Source of the DNA: Pyrinomonadaceae bacterium
GTDB taxonomy: Bacteria; Acidobacteriota; Blastocatellia; Pyrinomonadales; Pyrinomonadaceae
Reading direction: 5' to 3'
Assembly: GCA_046313635.1 (NCBI GenBank)
Contig: JBKBYA010000008.1
Location: forward strand, 1-64,000
DNA length: 64,000 bases
Position 1 is the first letter of the stretch. Every line of letters begins with the position of its first letter. The notes under the pieces are model-generated. The model was not told where the DNA came from and made no database searches. It was given only the letters and a program-made list of their open reading frames with translations. A program made the translations under genes and the position numbers. Of the stretch, positions 1 to 8,903 are shown piece after piece.

Positions 1-2
1 TC

Positions 3-353
3 GGCGCAACATTCGGCAAACTCGGCAACAACAACCTTCCCTTCTTCTTCCGCCTCGGGCGCAGGACCAACGATCCTGGCACGTGGTACGAGGCCGGATT
101 TGTTCAGGGCGTTGAGGACGGGATGATCGATTTCGATTTCAAGGGCAAGGGCCGCAGCCTGATGGACGACATCACGGTGGCCCATGGCCGCTGGCTCGCC
201 GATCGGCTGATGCAATTGTCGGACAAGCAGATCGGAGATGCCTTTCGGGCGGCGAATTATTCGCCGGATGAGATCAAGCTGCTCCGCGAGGGCTTTAAGC
301 TGCGGGTTGCCGAGCTCGACAAGGCCACACGCGGAGCGGTTGCGGCCCGATGA
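3..353 (+). CDS. Hypothetical protein, 3' end only (5' truncated by window edge)
   Basis: Frame is open from base 3 (GATFGKLGNNNLPFF...) through the ORF 123..353 to TGA, and is followed by a terminator. Confidence 0.75.
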   Translation, partial: GATFGKLGNNNLPFFFRLGRRTNDPGTWYEAGFVQGVEDGMIDFDFKGKGRSLMDDITVAHGRWLADRLMQLSDKQIGDAFRAANYSPDEIKLLREGFKLRVAELDKATRGAVAAR

Positions 354-380
354 AATAGCCGAGTGTGACAACGAATGTTG

Positions 381-412
381 AAGGAGGGCGGCCCGGCCGC
401 TCTCCTTTTTTG
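381..412 (+). terminator. Intrinsic terminator
   Basis: AAGGAGGGCGGC-CCG-GCCGCTCTCCTT followed by a T-run. Confidence 0.8.
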
Positions 413-511
413 TTTGGAATCGAGATCGACCGCGGGGCGGCAAAAGGGGTGTTAGCCGGCTAACGCTTTGTAAGCTAACGATTTAGCGGCAAAGAAATCT
501 CTCAAAAATCT

Positions 512-541
512 TTGACCCGCGTTTCACAGGTGAGATACACT
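512..541 (+). promoter_or_regulatory. Possible sigma70 promoter of imuA cassette
   Basis: TTGACC-N18-TACACT about 20 nt upstream of ATG 562; palindrome TCAC-AG-GTGA in the spacer. Confidence 0.35.
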
Positions 542-561
542 TGCAATCGCGAAACTTTTGT

Positions 562-1212
562 ATGAAGCACTTGAGTTTGGTAAAAAGCTTAGCCCACCTC
601 AAGGAGGAACAAAAGTTTTCCGAAGAGGTACTGCTCGACTCGATCGGCCTCTCGCTCGTGCGCGGCACACTTTGCGAGATCGTCGGCGGCCCGAGTTCGG
701 GACGAACTTCTCTTTTGCTCAACCTGCTCGCCAAGCTGACAAGCGAAGGCGAGATCTGCGCGGTCGTCGACTCGACGGGCGGCTTTGATCCGCGTTCGGC
801 GGCGCTGTCGAGTGTCGTGCTCGACAATCTGCTGTGGGTGCGGTGCGGCGGCGAATTGGAGAACGCATTCGCCGCGGCCGACCTTCTCGTTCAGGCAAAA
901 GGCTTCGGGCTCGTCTGGCTCAACCTCGCCGGCCTGCCCGCGGCCAAGCTCGATCTCGTCCCGCGCTCGTACTGGTACCGCTACCGCAACCGGATCAAAG
1001 AGACGCCGATGCTTTTCGTTGTCACGGCCGAGGCGGCGGTTGCCGGATCGGCGTCGCAGCAGGCGTTCAGTTTGGTTCGCAGCCGGGCGTCGTGGTCGGG
1101 AGTAGGCCGCTACAAACTGCTTCGCGAGCTGCACGTGAAGATGCATTCGCGCAAGCGGAATTTCGGCGACGTGCTGCAGGCGAGGATCGGATTCGATTAC
1201 GGCGATGTCTAG
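562..1212 (+). CDS. imuA: ImuA-like RecA-family mutasome accessory protein
   Basis: Degenerate Walker A GGPSSGRT, AVVDSTGGFDP and LDNLLWVRC motifs; first gene of an imuA-imuB-dnaE2 arrangement; ATG 562 preferred to TTG 541. Confidence 0.8.
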   Translation: MKHLSLVKSLAHLKEEQKFSEEVLLDSIGLSLVRGTLCEIVGGPSSGRTSLLLNLLAKLTSEGEICAVVDSTGGFDPRSAALSSVVLDNLLWVRCGGELENAFAAADLLVQAKGFGLVWLNLAGLPAAKLDLVPRSYWYRYRNRIKETPMLFVVTAEAAVAGSASQQAFSLVRSRASWSGVGRYKLLRELHVKMHSRKRNFGDVLQARIGFDYGDV

Positions 1213-2515
1213 ACTCTACGCGACCATCATCTCGCCGCACGCGGACGAGGAAGTTTTGCTGGCGATCGCGTACGGCTTTGCGTATCGCGTCGAGCGGCTC
1301 GCCGACGGCGTGCTCTTTGACGTCACGGGGCTCGAAAAGCTGATCGGCGATCAGCAGGCGATCGCCCGCAACATACTCCGCGAGTTAAAGAAGAAAAACG
1401 TCTCCGGCAATGTCGCCGTTGCCGACTCGATCGACACGGCGCTGCTCATCGCACGCGGGAACAAAGGTCTCAAGTATTCGGCCATCGCTGCCTCGCCCGA
1501 CAAGTTTCGCCGGCTGCCGCTCGACAGCCTGAACATCGACGAAGACACGCTCGGCATCTTCCAAGCGCTCGGCATCGAGAGCATCGCCGACCTGCAGCCG
1601 ATCCCGGAGAGCGAGCTGATCGCGCGTTACGGTCGCGAGTTTCGCGACGTGCTCGACGTCGCCGAGCAAAAATCAAAACGCACGCTTACGCCCAACGTCT
1701 GGGAGAAGCACGTCGCGTGGAGCCACGAGCTCGACTTCGCGGTCGACGATTTTGGCCAGCTCATCTTTATCACCGGCCGCGCGCTCGACGAGCTCTTTGC
1801 CGACATCTCGCGCCGCGCGATGAGCACCGAGCAGGTCGACATTCATTTCCAGTTGGAAAGATCGGCCGCGGACGAGGAGACGACCGCGGCGGCCGCAACG
1901 CCGCGATTCAAGCTCTACGAGATCAAGACCTCATTCCCGACGCTCGACAAAACCTTCTGGCTCAAGCTCATCAACCTGCGTATCTCGGTCGACCCGCCGC
2001 CGACGGCGATCGTCGCGGTCAAGGTAACGGCTCACTTTACAAAGCCGCGGCCCGTGCAGACGAGTCTTTACGCGGCGTCAAAACCGACGTCCGAGAGTCT
2101 CTTGCTCACCGTCGGCAAGATCAAAAAGCTCGTCGGCGAAGACAATGTCGGCGTGCCCGTTGTTTTGAAAAAGCGGCTCGAGCGCCCATTCACGCTCGAC
2201 GCCGATCGCCTGCCGGCCGGCAAAGAGATAAAGAGCGACGCACAAAAGATCGTGCCGCCGGTGATCGCTTTCAGCTATTTCGAGCCGCCGCTCGCGGCCG
2301 ATGTCTTTATCAAGAATCGCAAGCTCATTCACCTGCGCACGCGCTGGTTCGCGGGCCGCGTGCTCGCTTACAGCGGTGTGTGGAAATCGAGTTCCGAATG
2401 GTGGCTGCAGCGGCCGTGGAGCGTGCACGAGTGGCACGTCGAGGTCGAAGGTGCCGGCATCTACCGGCTGCAGAAAAAAGGCGACGAATGGTTTGTCGCG
2501 GGAGAGTTTGACTAG
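1205..2515 (+). CDS. imuB: ImuB-like inactive Y-family DNA polymerase
   Basis: FDVTGLEKLIG, LGIESIADL, ELIARYG motifs; C-terminal W..S.EWW...YRL module; overlaps imuA stop. Confidence 0.82.
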   Translation: MSRLYATIISPHADEEVLLAIAYGFAYRVERLADGVLFDVTGLEKLIGDQQAIARNILRELKKKNVSGNVAVADSIDTALLIARGNKGLKYSAIAASPDKFRRLPLDSLNIDEDTLGIFQALGIESIADLQPIPESELIARYGREFRDVLDVAEQKSKRTLTPNVWEKHVAWSHELDFAVDDFGQLIFITGRALDELFADISRRAMSTEQVDIHFQLERSAADEETTAAAATPRFKLYEIKTSFPTLDKTFWLKLINLRISVDPPPTAIVAVKVTAHFTKPRPVQTSLYAASKPTSESLLLTVGKIKKLVGEDNVGVPVVLKKRLERPFTLDADRLPAGKEIKSDAQKIVPPVIAFSYFEPPLAADVFIKNRKLIHLRTRWFAGRVLAYSGVWKSSSEWWLQRPWSVHEWHVEVEGAGIYRLQKKGDEWFVAGEFD

Positions 2516-2647
2516 GAGCGCGGACGCCCTCGTCCGCAATGAGGGCGAAGCCCGAAGACCGGCGCCGGAGAATAAGCCGGACGATTCCTCGCAGGCTGTT
2601 CGCGTTCGAAGACGAACGCTCATTGCGGACGAGGGCGTCCGCGTTCC
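2515..2647. repeat. REP-like inverted doublet (REPIN-like)
   Basis: 29-bp arms 2515-2543 and 2619-2647 are reverse complements at 28/29; each arm contains GCGGACG-CCCT-CGTCCGC; a 25-bp identical copy lies at 12108-12132. Confidence 0.85.
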
Positions 2648-2653
2648 GTTGTT

Positions 2654-5600
2654 ATGTTCTACGAGCTTCACGCGCGTTCGGCTTTTAGCTTTTTGTCTTC
2701 GGGCTCATTGCCCGAGGAATTTGCCGCGCGCGGTGCGGAGCTCGAAATCCCCGGCATCGGATTGATGGACCGCGACACGCTTTCGGGTGCGGTCCGCTTT
2801 CATCTCGAGGCAAAAGAACAAAACATCAAGGCGATGATCGGCGCCGAGATCACGATGGACGACGGCACGCTGCTGCCGCTGATGCCGATCGACCTCGCGG
2901 GCTATCAAAATCTCTGCCGGCTGATCACGACCGTCAAGCTGCGTCACAAAAAGGGCGAGCACTTTGCGACGCGGGCCGATATCGAGGAGCATTCGGCCGG
3001 ACTCCTGTGCTTCACGGGCGGAGCGGACGGCATTCTTCATCACGCGATCCGCCAGCGCCGCGCGCAGGAGACGCTGGCGTGGCTCAACTACGTTTTTGAC
3101 CGGCGGCTCTACGTCGAGCTGCAGCGTCATCACCTGCCGCACGAGGAGGACGTCAACCAACAGCTCGTCGGCCTCGCGCATAAATTCAAGCTTCCCTACT
3201 TTGCGAGCAACGGCCCGAGCTACGCGCTTGAACGCGACCGCGAGCTGCTCGACGTTTTTACCTGCATCAGGAGGAATCACTGCACGCTTCAAAATGCGGG
3301 CAAGCTGCTCGCCGAGAACAGCGAGCGTTATCTCAAACGCCGCGCGCAGATGCTCTTCGAATTCGAGGATCTTCCCGAAGCGGTCGCCCGCACGCGCGAG
3401 ATCGCCGACCGCGTACACTTCTCGCTCGACGAACTCGGCTACACGTTTCCCGATTACCCTGTGCCGCACGGCGAGACGATGGATTCGTTTTTGCGAAAGC
3501 GCGCGGAAGAAGGTGCCGTTCGCCGCTACGGCTCGCTCACTCCGCCGGTCGTCGCCAAGCTCGATCACGAATTAAAGCTCATCGCAAAGCTCAAGCTCGC
3601 CGGCTACTTCCTCGTTGTCTGGGACATCTCCGAATTCTGCCGCCGCAGCAACATCCTCTCGCAGGGCCGCGGCTCGGCGGCAAACTCGGTCGTCTGCTAC
3701 GCGCTCGGGATCACGGCCGTAGATCCGATCGCAGCGGATCTTTTGTTCGAGAGATTCTTGTCCGAAGAGCGCACCGAGTATCCCGACATCGACATCGATC
3801 TGCCGTCGGGTGACGACCGCGAAAAGGTAATTCAATACGTTTACCAAAAATACGGCGAGCGCGGCGCCGGGATGACGGCGAATGTCATCACCTACCGCGG
3901 CAAGTCGGCCGCACGCGAGGTCGGCAAGGTCTTTGGCTTTGACGACGAGTCGCTCGACCGCCTCTCGAAGCTGATGCCGCACTACGGCACGCACACCGAA
4001 AAAGAATTGATCAAGCAGTTCACCGAGGCGGGCTTTGATCCGAACAAAGATTTTCGCTTCGCAAAGTACATGGAGATGTACGCCCGCGCGCTCGACTTCC
4101 CTCGTCATCTCGGCCAGCACTCGGGCGGAATGGTGATCTCGTTCGGCCGTCTCGACAGCGTCGTACCGCTCGAGCCGGCGTCGATGGAAGGCCGCCGCAT
4201 CATTCAATGGGACAAGGACGACTGCGAGCGGCTGGGCATCGTCAAGGTCGATCTGCTCGGCCTTGGGATGATGGCCGTGCTTCGCGACACGATCACGCTG
4301 ATACGCGAACATCGCGGCGAAGACGTCGATCTCGGCAAGCTGCCGCACGATGATCCGGAAGTTTATCGCACGCTGCAAAACGCCGACACGGTCGGGATGT
4401 TTCAGGTCGAGAGCCGCGCGCAGATCAACTTTTTGCCGCGCTCGCGGCCCGAGAATTTTTACGACCTCGTCGTGCAGGTCGCGATCATTCGCCCGGGCCC
4501 GGTCGTCGGCAAGATGCTGAGCGGCTATCTCGCCCGCCGTCAGGGCAAGGAGCCGATCGACTATATGCACCCGAGCTTTGAGCCGATATTGAAGCGCACG
4601 CTCGGCGTGCCGCTGTTTCAGGAGCAGCTCCTGCGGATGGCGATGGCGATCGCGGGATTCACCGGCGGCGAGGCCGAGGAGCTGCGGCGGGCTTTGGGTT
4701 TCAAACGTGCCGACCGCCGGCTTGCCAAAATAGAAAAACGTCTCCGCTCGGGCATGCACGAGCGCGGCGTCGAGCCCGACGTTCAGGAAAAGGTCGTAGC
4801 GAGCATAATGGCCTTTGCCAACTACGGCTTTCCCGAGTCGCACGCGGCGAGCTTTGCGCTTTTGACCTACGCGTCGGCGTATCTCAAGGTGCATTACCTC
4901 GCGGAATTCACGACCGCGATGCTCAACAACTACCCGCTCGGTTTTTACGCGCCGGCCACGCTCGTCAAAGACGCCCAGCGCCACGGCCTGCACTTCCGGC
5001 CCGTCGATGTGAATCATTCGGACTATCTCTTCAAGATCGAGGACGGCGACGTGCGCGTCGGATTGAAATACGTAAAAGGCCTGCGAGAGGAAATTGCGGA
5101 CGCGATCGCTAAGGGCAGAAACGCGACCGTAAGGGAGCGTGCCCCGGCGCGATCAGAAGACATCATCGAGCCCCTTGACGACGTCGATCGCACGCTCCCT
5201 CACGGTCGCGTTTCTGCCCGAATGTACACCTCGGTGGACGACCTCGTGCTCCGCGTGCCGTCGATCAACAAGAAGGAGATCCGTGCTCTGAGCCTCGCCG
5301 GCGCGCTGAACTTCGGCAACACGGTCCATCGCCGCCAGGCTCTCTGGGGAGCCGAGCTCGCGATCCGGCCGCGCGGAGAACTGTTTGAGAATGCGGAACG
5401 CGGAGTGCGGAATGCGGAATCTCATCCCTCATCCCTCAGCCCTCATCCGTCCTACATCTCGCCGATGTCCGAATGGCAGCGGATGGAGAGTGATCTGCTG
5501 ACGACGAGCATCACGATCGGCAAGCACCCGATGGCGTTCCTTCGCGAGGAGCTAAACAAGCGCGGCATCCTCTCGGCCGCCGAGACAGTGAATCTAAAGA

Positions 5601-5872
5601 AGCGCGACATCGTCAGCGTCGCCGGCTCGGTCATCGTGCGGCAGCGGCCGAGCACGGCAAAGGATGTCGTGTTTCTCACGATGGAGGACGAGACCGGCTA
5701 CTCGAACTTCATCATCATGCCCGACGTTTTCGACCGCTTTCGCTCGGTCATCGTCAGCAGCAACTACCTTTTGATCCGCGGAATGGCCGAAGAACGCGGA
5801 ATGATCAAAGCCTTGTTTTTCCAACCGATAAATGCTTTTATCGGAAAGATCGCATCACACGATTTTCAATGA
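2654..5872 (+). CDS. dnaE2: Error-prone DNA polymerase III alpha (DnaE2/ImuC)
   Basis: PHP start ELHARSAFSFL, GRGSAANS, PDIDID catalytic motif, YGFPESHAASFA, VRQRPSTAK OB fold. Confidence 0.95.
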   Translation: MFYELHARSAFSFLSSGSLPEEFAARGAELEIPGIGLMDRDTLSGAVRFHLEAKEQNIKAMIGAEITMDDGTLLPLMPIDLAGYQNLCRLITTVKLRHKKGEHFATRADIEEHSAGLLCFTGGADGILHHAIRQRRAQETLAWLNYVFDRRLYVELQRHHLPHEEDVNQQLVGLAHKFKLPYFASNGPSYALERDRELLDVFTCIRRNHCTLQNAGKLLAENSERYLKRRAQMLFEFEDLPEAVARTREIADRVHFSLDELGYTFPDYPVPHGETMDSFLRKRAEEGAVRRYGSLTPPVVAKLDHELKLIAKLKLAGYFLVVWDISEFCRRSNILSQGRGSAANSVVCYALGITAVDPIAADLLFERFLSEERTEYPDIDIDLPSGDDREKVIQYVYQKYGERGAGMTANVITYRGKSAAREVGKVFGFDDESLDRLSKLMPHYGTHTEKELIKQFTEAGFDPNKDFRFAKYMEMYARALDFPRHLGQHSGGMVISFGRLDSVVPLEPASMEGRRIIQWDKDDCERLGIVKVDLLGLGMMAVLRDTITLIREHRGEDVDLGKLPHDDPEVYRTLQNADTVGMFQVESRAQINFLPRSRPENFYDLVVQVAIIRPGPVVGKMLSGYLARRQGKEPIDYMHPSFEPILKRTLGVPLFQEQLLRMAMAIAGFTGGEAEELRRALGFKRADRRLAKIEKRLRSGMHERGVEPDVQEKVVASIMAFANYGFPESHAASFALLTYASAYLKVHYLAEFTTAMLNNYPLGFYAPATLVKDAQRHGLHFRPVDVNHSDYLFKIEDGDVRVGLKYVKGLREEIADAIAKGRNATVRERAPARSEDIIEPLDDVDRTLPHGRVSARMYTSVDDLVLRVPSINKKEIRALSLAGALNFGNTVHRRQALWGAELAIRPRGELFENAERGVRNAESHPSSLSPHPSYISPMSEWQRMESDLLTTSITIGKHPMAFLREELNKRGILSAAETVNLKKRDIVSVAGSVIVRQRPSTAKDVVFLTMEDETGYSNFIIMPDVFDRFRSVIVSSNYLLIRGMAEERGMIKALFFQPINAFIGKIASHDFQ
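5113..5219. repeat. 30-bp inverted repeat doublet inserted in frame in dnaE2
   Basis: GGGCAGAAACGCGACCGTAAGGGAGCGTGC (5113-5142) versus 5190-5219 reverse complement, 29/30; third copy at 48253-48282. Confidence 0.9.
5390..5448. repeat. Two 7-mer tandem arrays in frame in dnaE2
   Basis: AATGCGG-type x4 then CTCATCC-type x4, encoding NAERGVRNAESHPSSLSPHP. Confidence 0.85.
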
Positions 5873-5878
5873 TCTCCT

Positions 5879-5937
5879 GCCACGAATTACACGAATGAAT
5901 TTGAATTCCTATTCGTGACATTCGTGCAATTCGTGGC
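5879..5937. repeat. Inverted pair of 9-mer tandem arrays
   Basis: GCCACGAATTACACGAAT ... ATTCGTGAC ATTCGTGCA ATTCGTGGC. Confidence 0.8.
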
Positions 5938-5949
5938 TAAATAATTCCT

Positions 5950-6570
5950 ATGTGCGGACGTGCATCACAGCGAGGCAAGCGAGAGGACTTTCGCAATTAC
6001 ATTTACAAATTTGACCCGCCCGAGGATCTCAATCGCGGCAATATCAAGCCGACGCAGGACGCTTTTGTCGTGATCTACGATCGCGAAGCCGAAGACGTGC
6101 GAACTGTCGAAGCGCGATGGTGGTGCCAGCTCGACAACGCGAAAGAGTGGAGCACAAAGTACGCGACCTTTAATGCCAATATCGAGAAGCTCGAGACCAG
6201 TCCGCTCTGGCGAAATCTGCTCAAGACAAAACGCTGCATCTTTCCCGTCTCGAGCTTTTACGAGTGGCCCGAGAAGGGCAAGCCGCCGCTCGAGATCTAC
6301 GCCAACGACCGGCATCCATTCGCGCTCGCCGGGCTGTGGTCAAACTGGTTCGACGCAGACGGCAACCGGCGGCAGTCCTTCGCCGTGATCACGACGCACG
6401 CCAACGATTTTATGAAGCAGTACCACCACGCGATGCCGGTCGTGCTCGAGGACAAAGACCTGCAAAAGGCCTGGCTGCTCGAGGGCGGAATGGACATCCT
6501 CCGCAACTTTGAATGCAAACTGTCAGGCGAAAGACTCAACGACAAGCTCGAAAATATTTACACTAGTTGA
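5950..6570 (+). CDS. SOS response-associated peptidase (SRAP/YedK/HMCES family, abasic-site protection)
   Basis: N-terminal MCGR, TFNA..E, RCIFPVSSFYEW, LAGLW, HHAMPVVL motifs. Confidence 0.9.
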   Translation: MCGRASQRGKREDFRNYIYKFDPPEDLNRGNIKPTQDAFVVIYDREAEDVRTVEARWWCQLDNAKEWSTKYATFNANIEKLETSPLWRNLLKTKRCIFPVSSFYEWPEKGKPPLEIYANDRHPFALAGLWSNWFDADGNRRQSFAVITTHANDFMKQYHHAMPVVLEDKDLQKAWLLEGGMDILRNFECKLSGERLNDKLENIYTS

Positions 6571-6584
6571 GCAGCAGACATTCG

Positions 6585-7655
6585 ATGGACAGGAACAATC
6601 CAGTCAAACGCCACGCCGAGGTCGAGAGGCTCAAAGAGGACGAGGACGTCAAACGCGCGCTCGAGCAGGCCGGCGAAAAGCATCCCAAAAAGGCCACCGT
6701 CGAGACTCGGCATAAATTCTGGCTCGCGACCTACGTCATCCTGCTCTTTGGCTTTGCGGCCGTCTTTTATCTTGCGCGGCTCGAGTACTTCGGCTTTGCC
6801 GAGCGGTTCATTCCGCTCGTGCAGCGGCTCGCCGCGGGCGGGATGGCGATCGTCGTCGTGCTCGCGGCGTCGCAGCTCGCGACCATCTATCTCGTCGAGC
6901 CGCGCGAGGACGTCGTCGTCCGGTTCAATCTCAAACGCATCCTGAATCTGCTGGCCGGCATCGCGATACTTTTTATCGTGATGTCGATGCTGTTTGCCAA
7001 CTGGTACACGGCGGTCGTCTCGTTCGGTCTGATCTCGCTCATTCTCGGCTTTGCCCTGCAGGCTCCGATCACGAGCTTTATCGGCTGGATCTACATCCTC
7101 GTCAAAGCCCCGTACCGCGTCGGCGATCGCATCAGAATGGGCGACGCGACCGGCGACGTGATCGATGTGAGCTATCTCGACACGACGCTCTGGGAGGTCG
7201 GCGGCGAGCACGTCTCGACGTACCACCCGAGCGGCCGGCTCATAAAGTTTGCAAACTCGAACGTGCTGTCGAGCACGATCTTTAACTACTCGTGGCCGCT
7301 CTTTCCGTACATCTGGAACGACATCAAGTTTCAGATCGCGTACCAGAGCGATCTAGAATACGTCGCTCGTGTGCTGCGCGAGACCGCCGAAGAAGAGGTC
7401 GGCGAGACGATGATGGAGCACGTCCGGACATACCGCGAGCTGCTCAAACAGACGCCGGTCGACGAGCTCGAGGTCTCTGAAAAACCGACGGTCGTCTTTC
7501 GCATCGGCGACAACACCTGGGTCGAAGCGATCGTCCGCTACGTCGTCGAGCCGCGACAATCAGGTCCGGTAAAGACGCGGCTGCTCAAAAAAATGCTCGA
7601 GCGCTTGAACGCCGAGCCCGACAAGGTGATGTTCCCGCGCGGCGACCTGCGGTGA
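6585..7655 (+). CDS. Mechanosensitive ion channel, MscS family
   Basis: Hydrophobic helices followed by LGFALQ, PYRVGDRI, GDVIDV. Confidence 0.9.
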   Translation: MDRNNPVKRHAEVERLKEDEDVKRALEQAGEKHPKKATVETRHKFWLATYVILLFGFAAVFYLARLEYFGFAERFIPLVQRLAAGGMAIVVVLAASQLATIYLVEPREDVVVRFNLKRILNLLAGIAILFIVMSMLFANWYTAVVSFGLISLILGFALQAPITSFIGWIYILVKAPYRVGDRIRMGDATGDVIDVSYLDTTLWEVGGEHVSTYHPSGRLIKFANSNVLSSTIFNYSWPLFPYIWNDIKFQIAYQSDLEYVARVLRETAEEEVGETMMEHVRTYRELLKQTPVDELEVSEKPTVVFRIGDNTWVEAIVRYVVEPRQSGPVKTRLLKKMLERLNAEPDKVMFPRGDLR

Positions 7656-7691
7656 CGCTCGGCCGATTTTCTGCATAATAAATACTGCGTT

Positions 7692-8870
7692 ATGACAACA
7701 CCCAAAACCCGTCTCGGCGTCGAGCGGCTGCTCGACGACAAACTCGATCTCATCCGCGGCCGGCGCATCGGCCTCGTCTGCAACCAGGCCTCTGTGCTGC
7801 CCGATCTCAGGCACGTCGCCGACGTGTTTGGCGAGCGTGACGAATTTGAATTGACGACGCTATTCGGCCCGCAGCACGGCATCCGCGGCGATGTGCAGTA
7901 CAACATGATCGAAACGCCGCACGTCCGCGACGAACGCACGGGCATCATGGTCTATTCGCTCTACAGCGAGGTGCGCGAACCGACCGAGGAGATGCTCGCC
8001 GACCTCGACACGATCGTCGTCGACCTGCAGGACGTCGGCTGCCGCATCTACACGTTCATCTACACGATGGCGAACTGCATGTACGCGGCGGCGAAGTACG
8101 GCAAACGCGTCGTCGTCTGCGACCGCCCGAACCCGATCAACGGACTACAGGTCGAGGGCAACATCACCGAGCACGAATTCAAATCGTTCGTCGGGCAATT
8201 CGAGCTGCCGACGCGTCACGGAATGACGAGCGGCGAGCTAGCGTTGATGTTCAACGATAATTTCGGCATCGGATGCGAGCTCGAGATCGTACCGATGCAG
8301 GGCTGGGACCGACGGCTCTGGGGCGATCAGACCGGCCTTCCCTGGGTGCTGCCGTCGCCGAACATCCCCGATGTCGACACCTGCGTCGTCTTTCCCGCGA
8401 CCGTGCACCTCGAGGGAACGGAGCTGAGCGAAGGCCGCGGCACGACGCTGCCGTTCTTTCTCAACGGCGCGCCGTTCATCGACCCGCACGCGTGGGCGGC
8501 CGAGCTGCGAAAGTTCGACTTCCCGGGCGTCGCCTTTCGCGAAGCCTATTTCCGACCGACCTTCGCCGAATTCTCCGGCGAGACCTGCGGCGGCGTCCAA
8601 CTCCACATCACCGACCGCAATGCATTCACGCCCGTCATCGTCGGCATTGCAATGGTCAAAACCGCCTACGAAATGTACCCCGACAAATTCCAATGGCGGC
8701 AGAATGCGTACGAGTACGTCTTCGACAAAAACCCATTCGACGTCGTATGCGGCACGGACAAGATCAGGAAGGCGATCGAGGCAGGTGCGTCGATAGAGGA
8801 GATCACGGCGGCGTGGGAACCGAGATCGAGCGAGTTCAGGGAAGTGAGAAAGGAGTTCTTGTTGTACTAG
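7692..8870 (+). CDS. namZ: Exo-beta-N-acetylmuramidase NamZ (DUF1343) family
   Basis: LFGPQHGIRG, DLQDVGCRIYT, DRPNP, RHGMT.GELA, PSPNIP, SEGRGT motifs. Confidence 0.9.
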   Translation: MTTPKTRLGVERLLDDKLDLIRGRRIGLVCNQASVLPDLRHVADVFGERDEFELTTLFGPQHGIRGDVQYNMIETPHVRDERTGIMVYSLYSEVREPTEEMLADLDTIVVDLQDVGCRIYTFIYTMANCMYAAAKYGKRVVVCDRPNPINGLQVEGNITEHEFKSFVGQFELPTRHGMTSGELALMFNDNFGIGCELEIVPMQGWDRRLWGDQTGLPWVLPSPNIPDVDTCVVFPATVHLEGTELSEGRGTTLPFFLNGAPFIDPHAWAAELRKFDFPGVAFREAYFRPTFAEFSGETCGGVQLHITDRNAFTPVIVGIAMVKTAYEMYPDKFQWRQNAYEYVFDKNPFDVVCGTDKIRKAIEAGASIEEITAAWEPRSSEFREVRKEFLLY

Positions 8871-8903
8871 GGTAGGCGGGCAACCTGGCGCGCCGCGCTC
8901 GTT

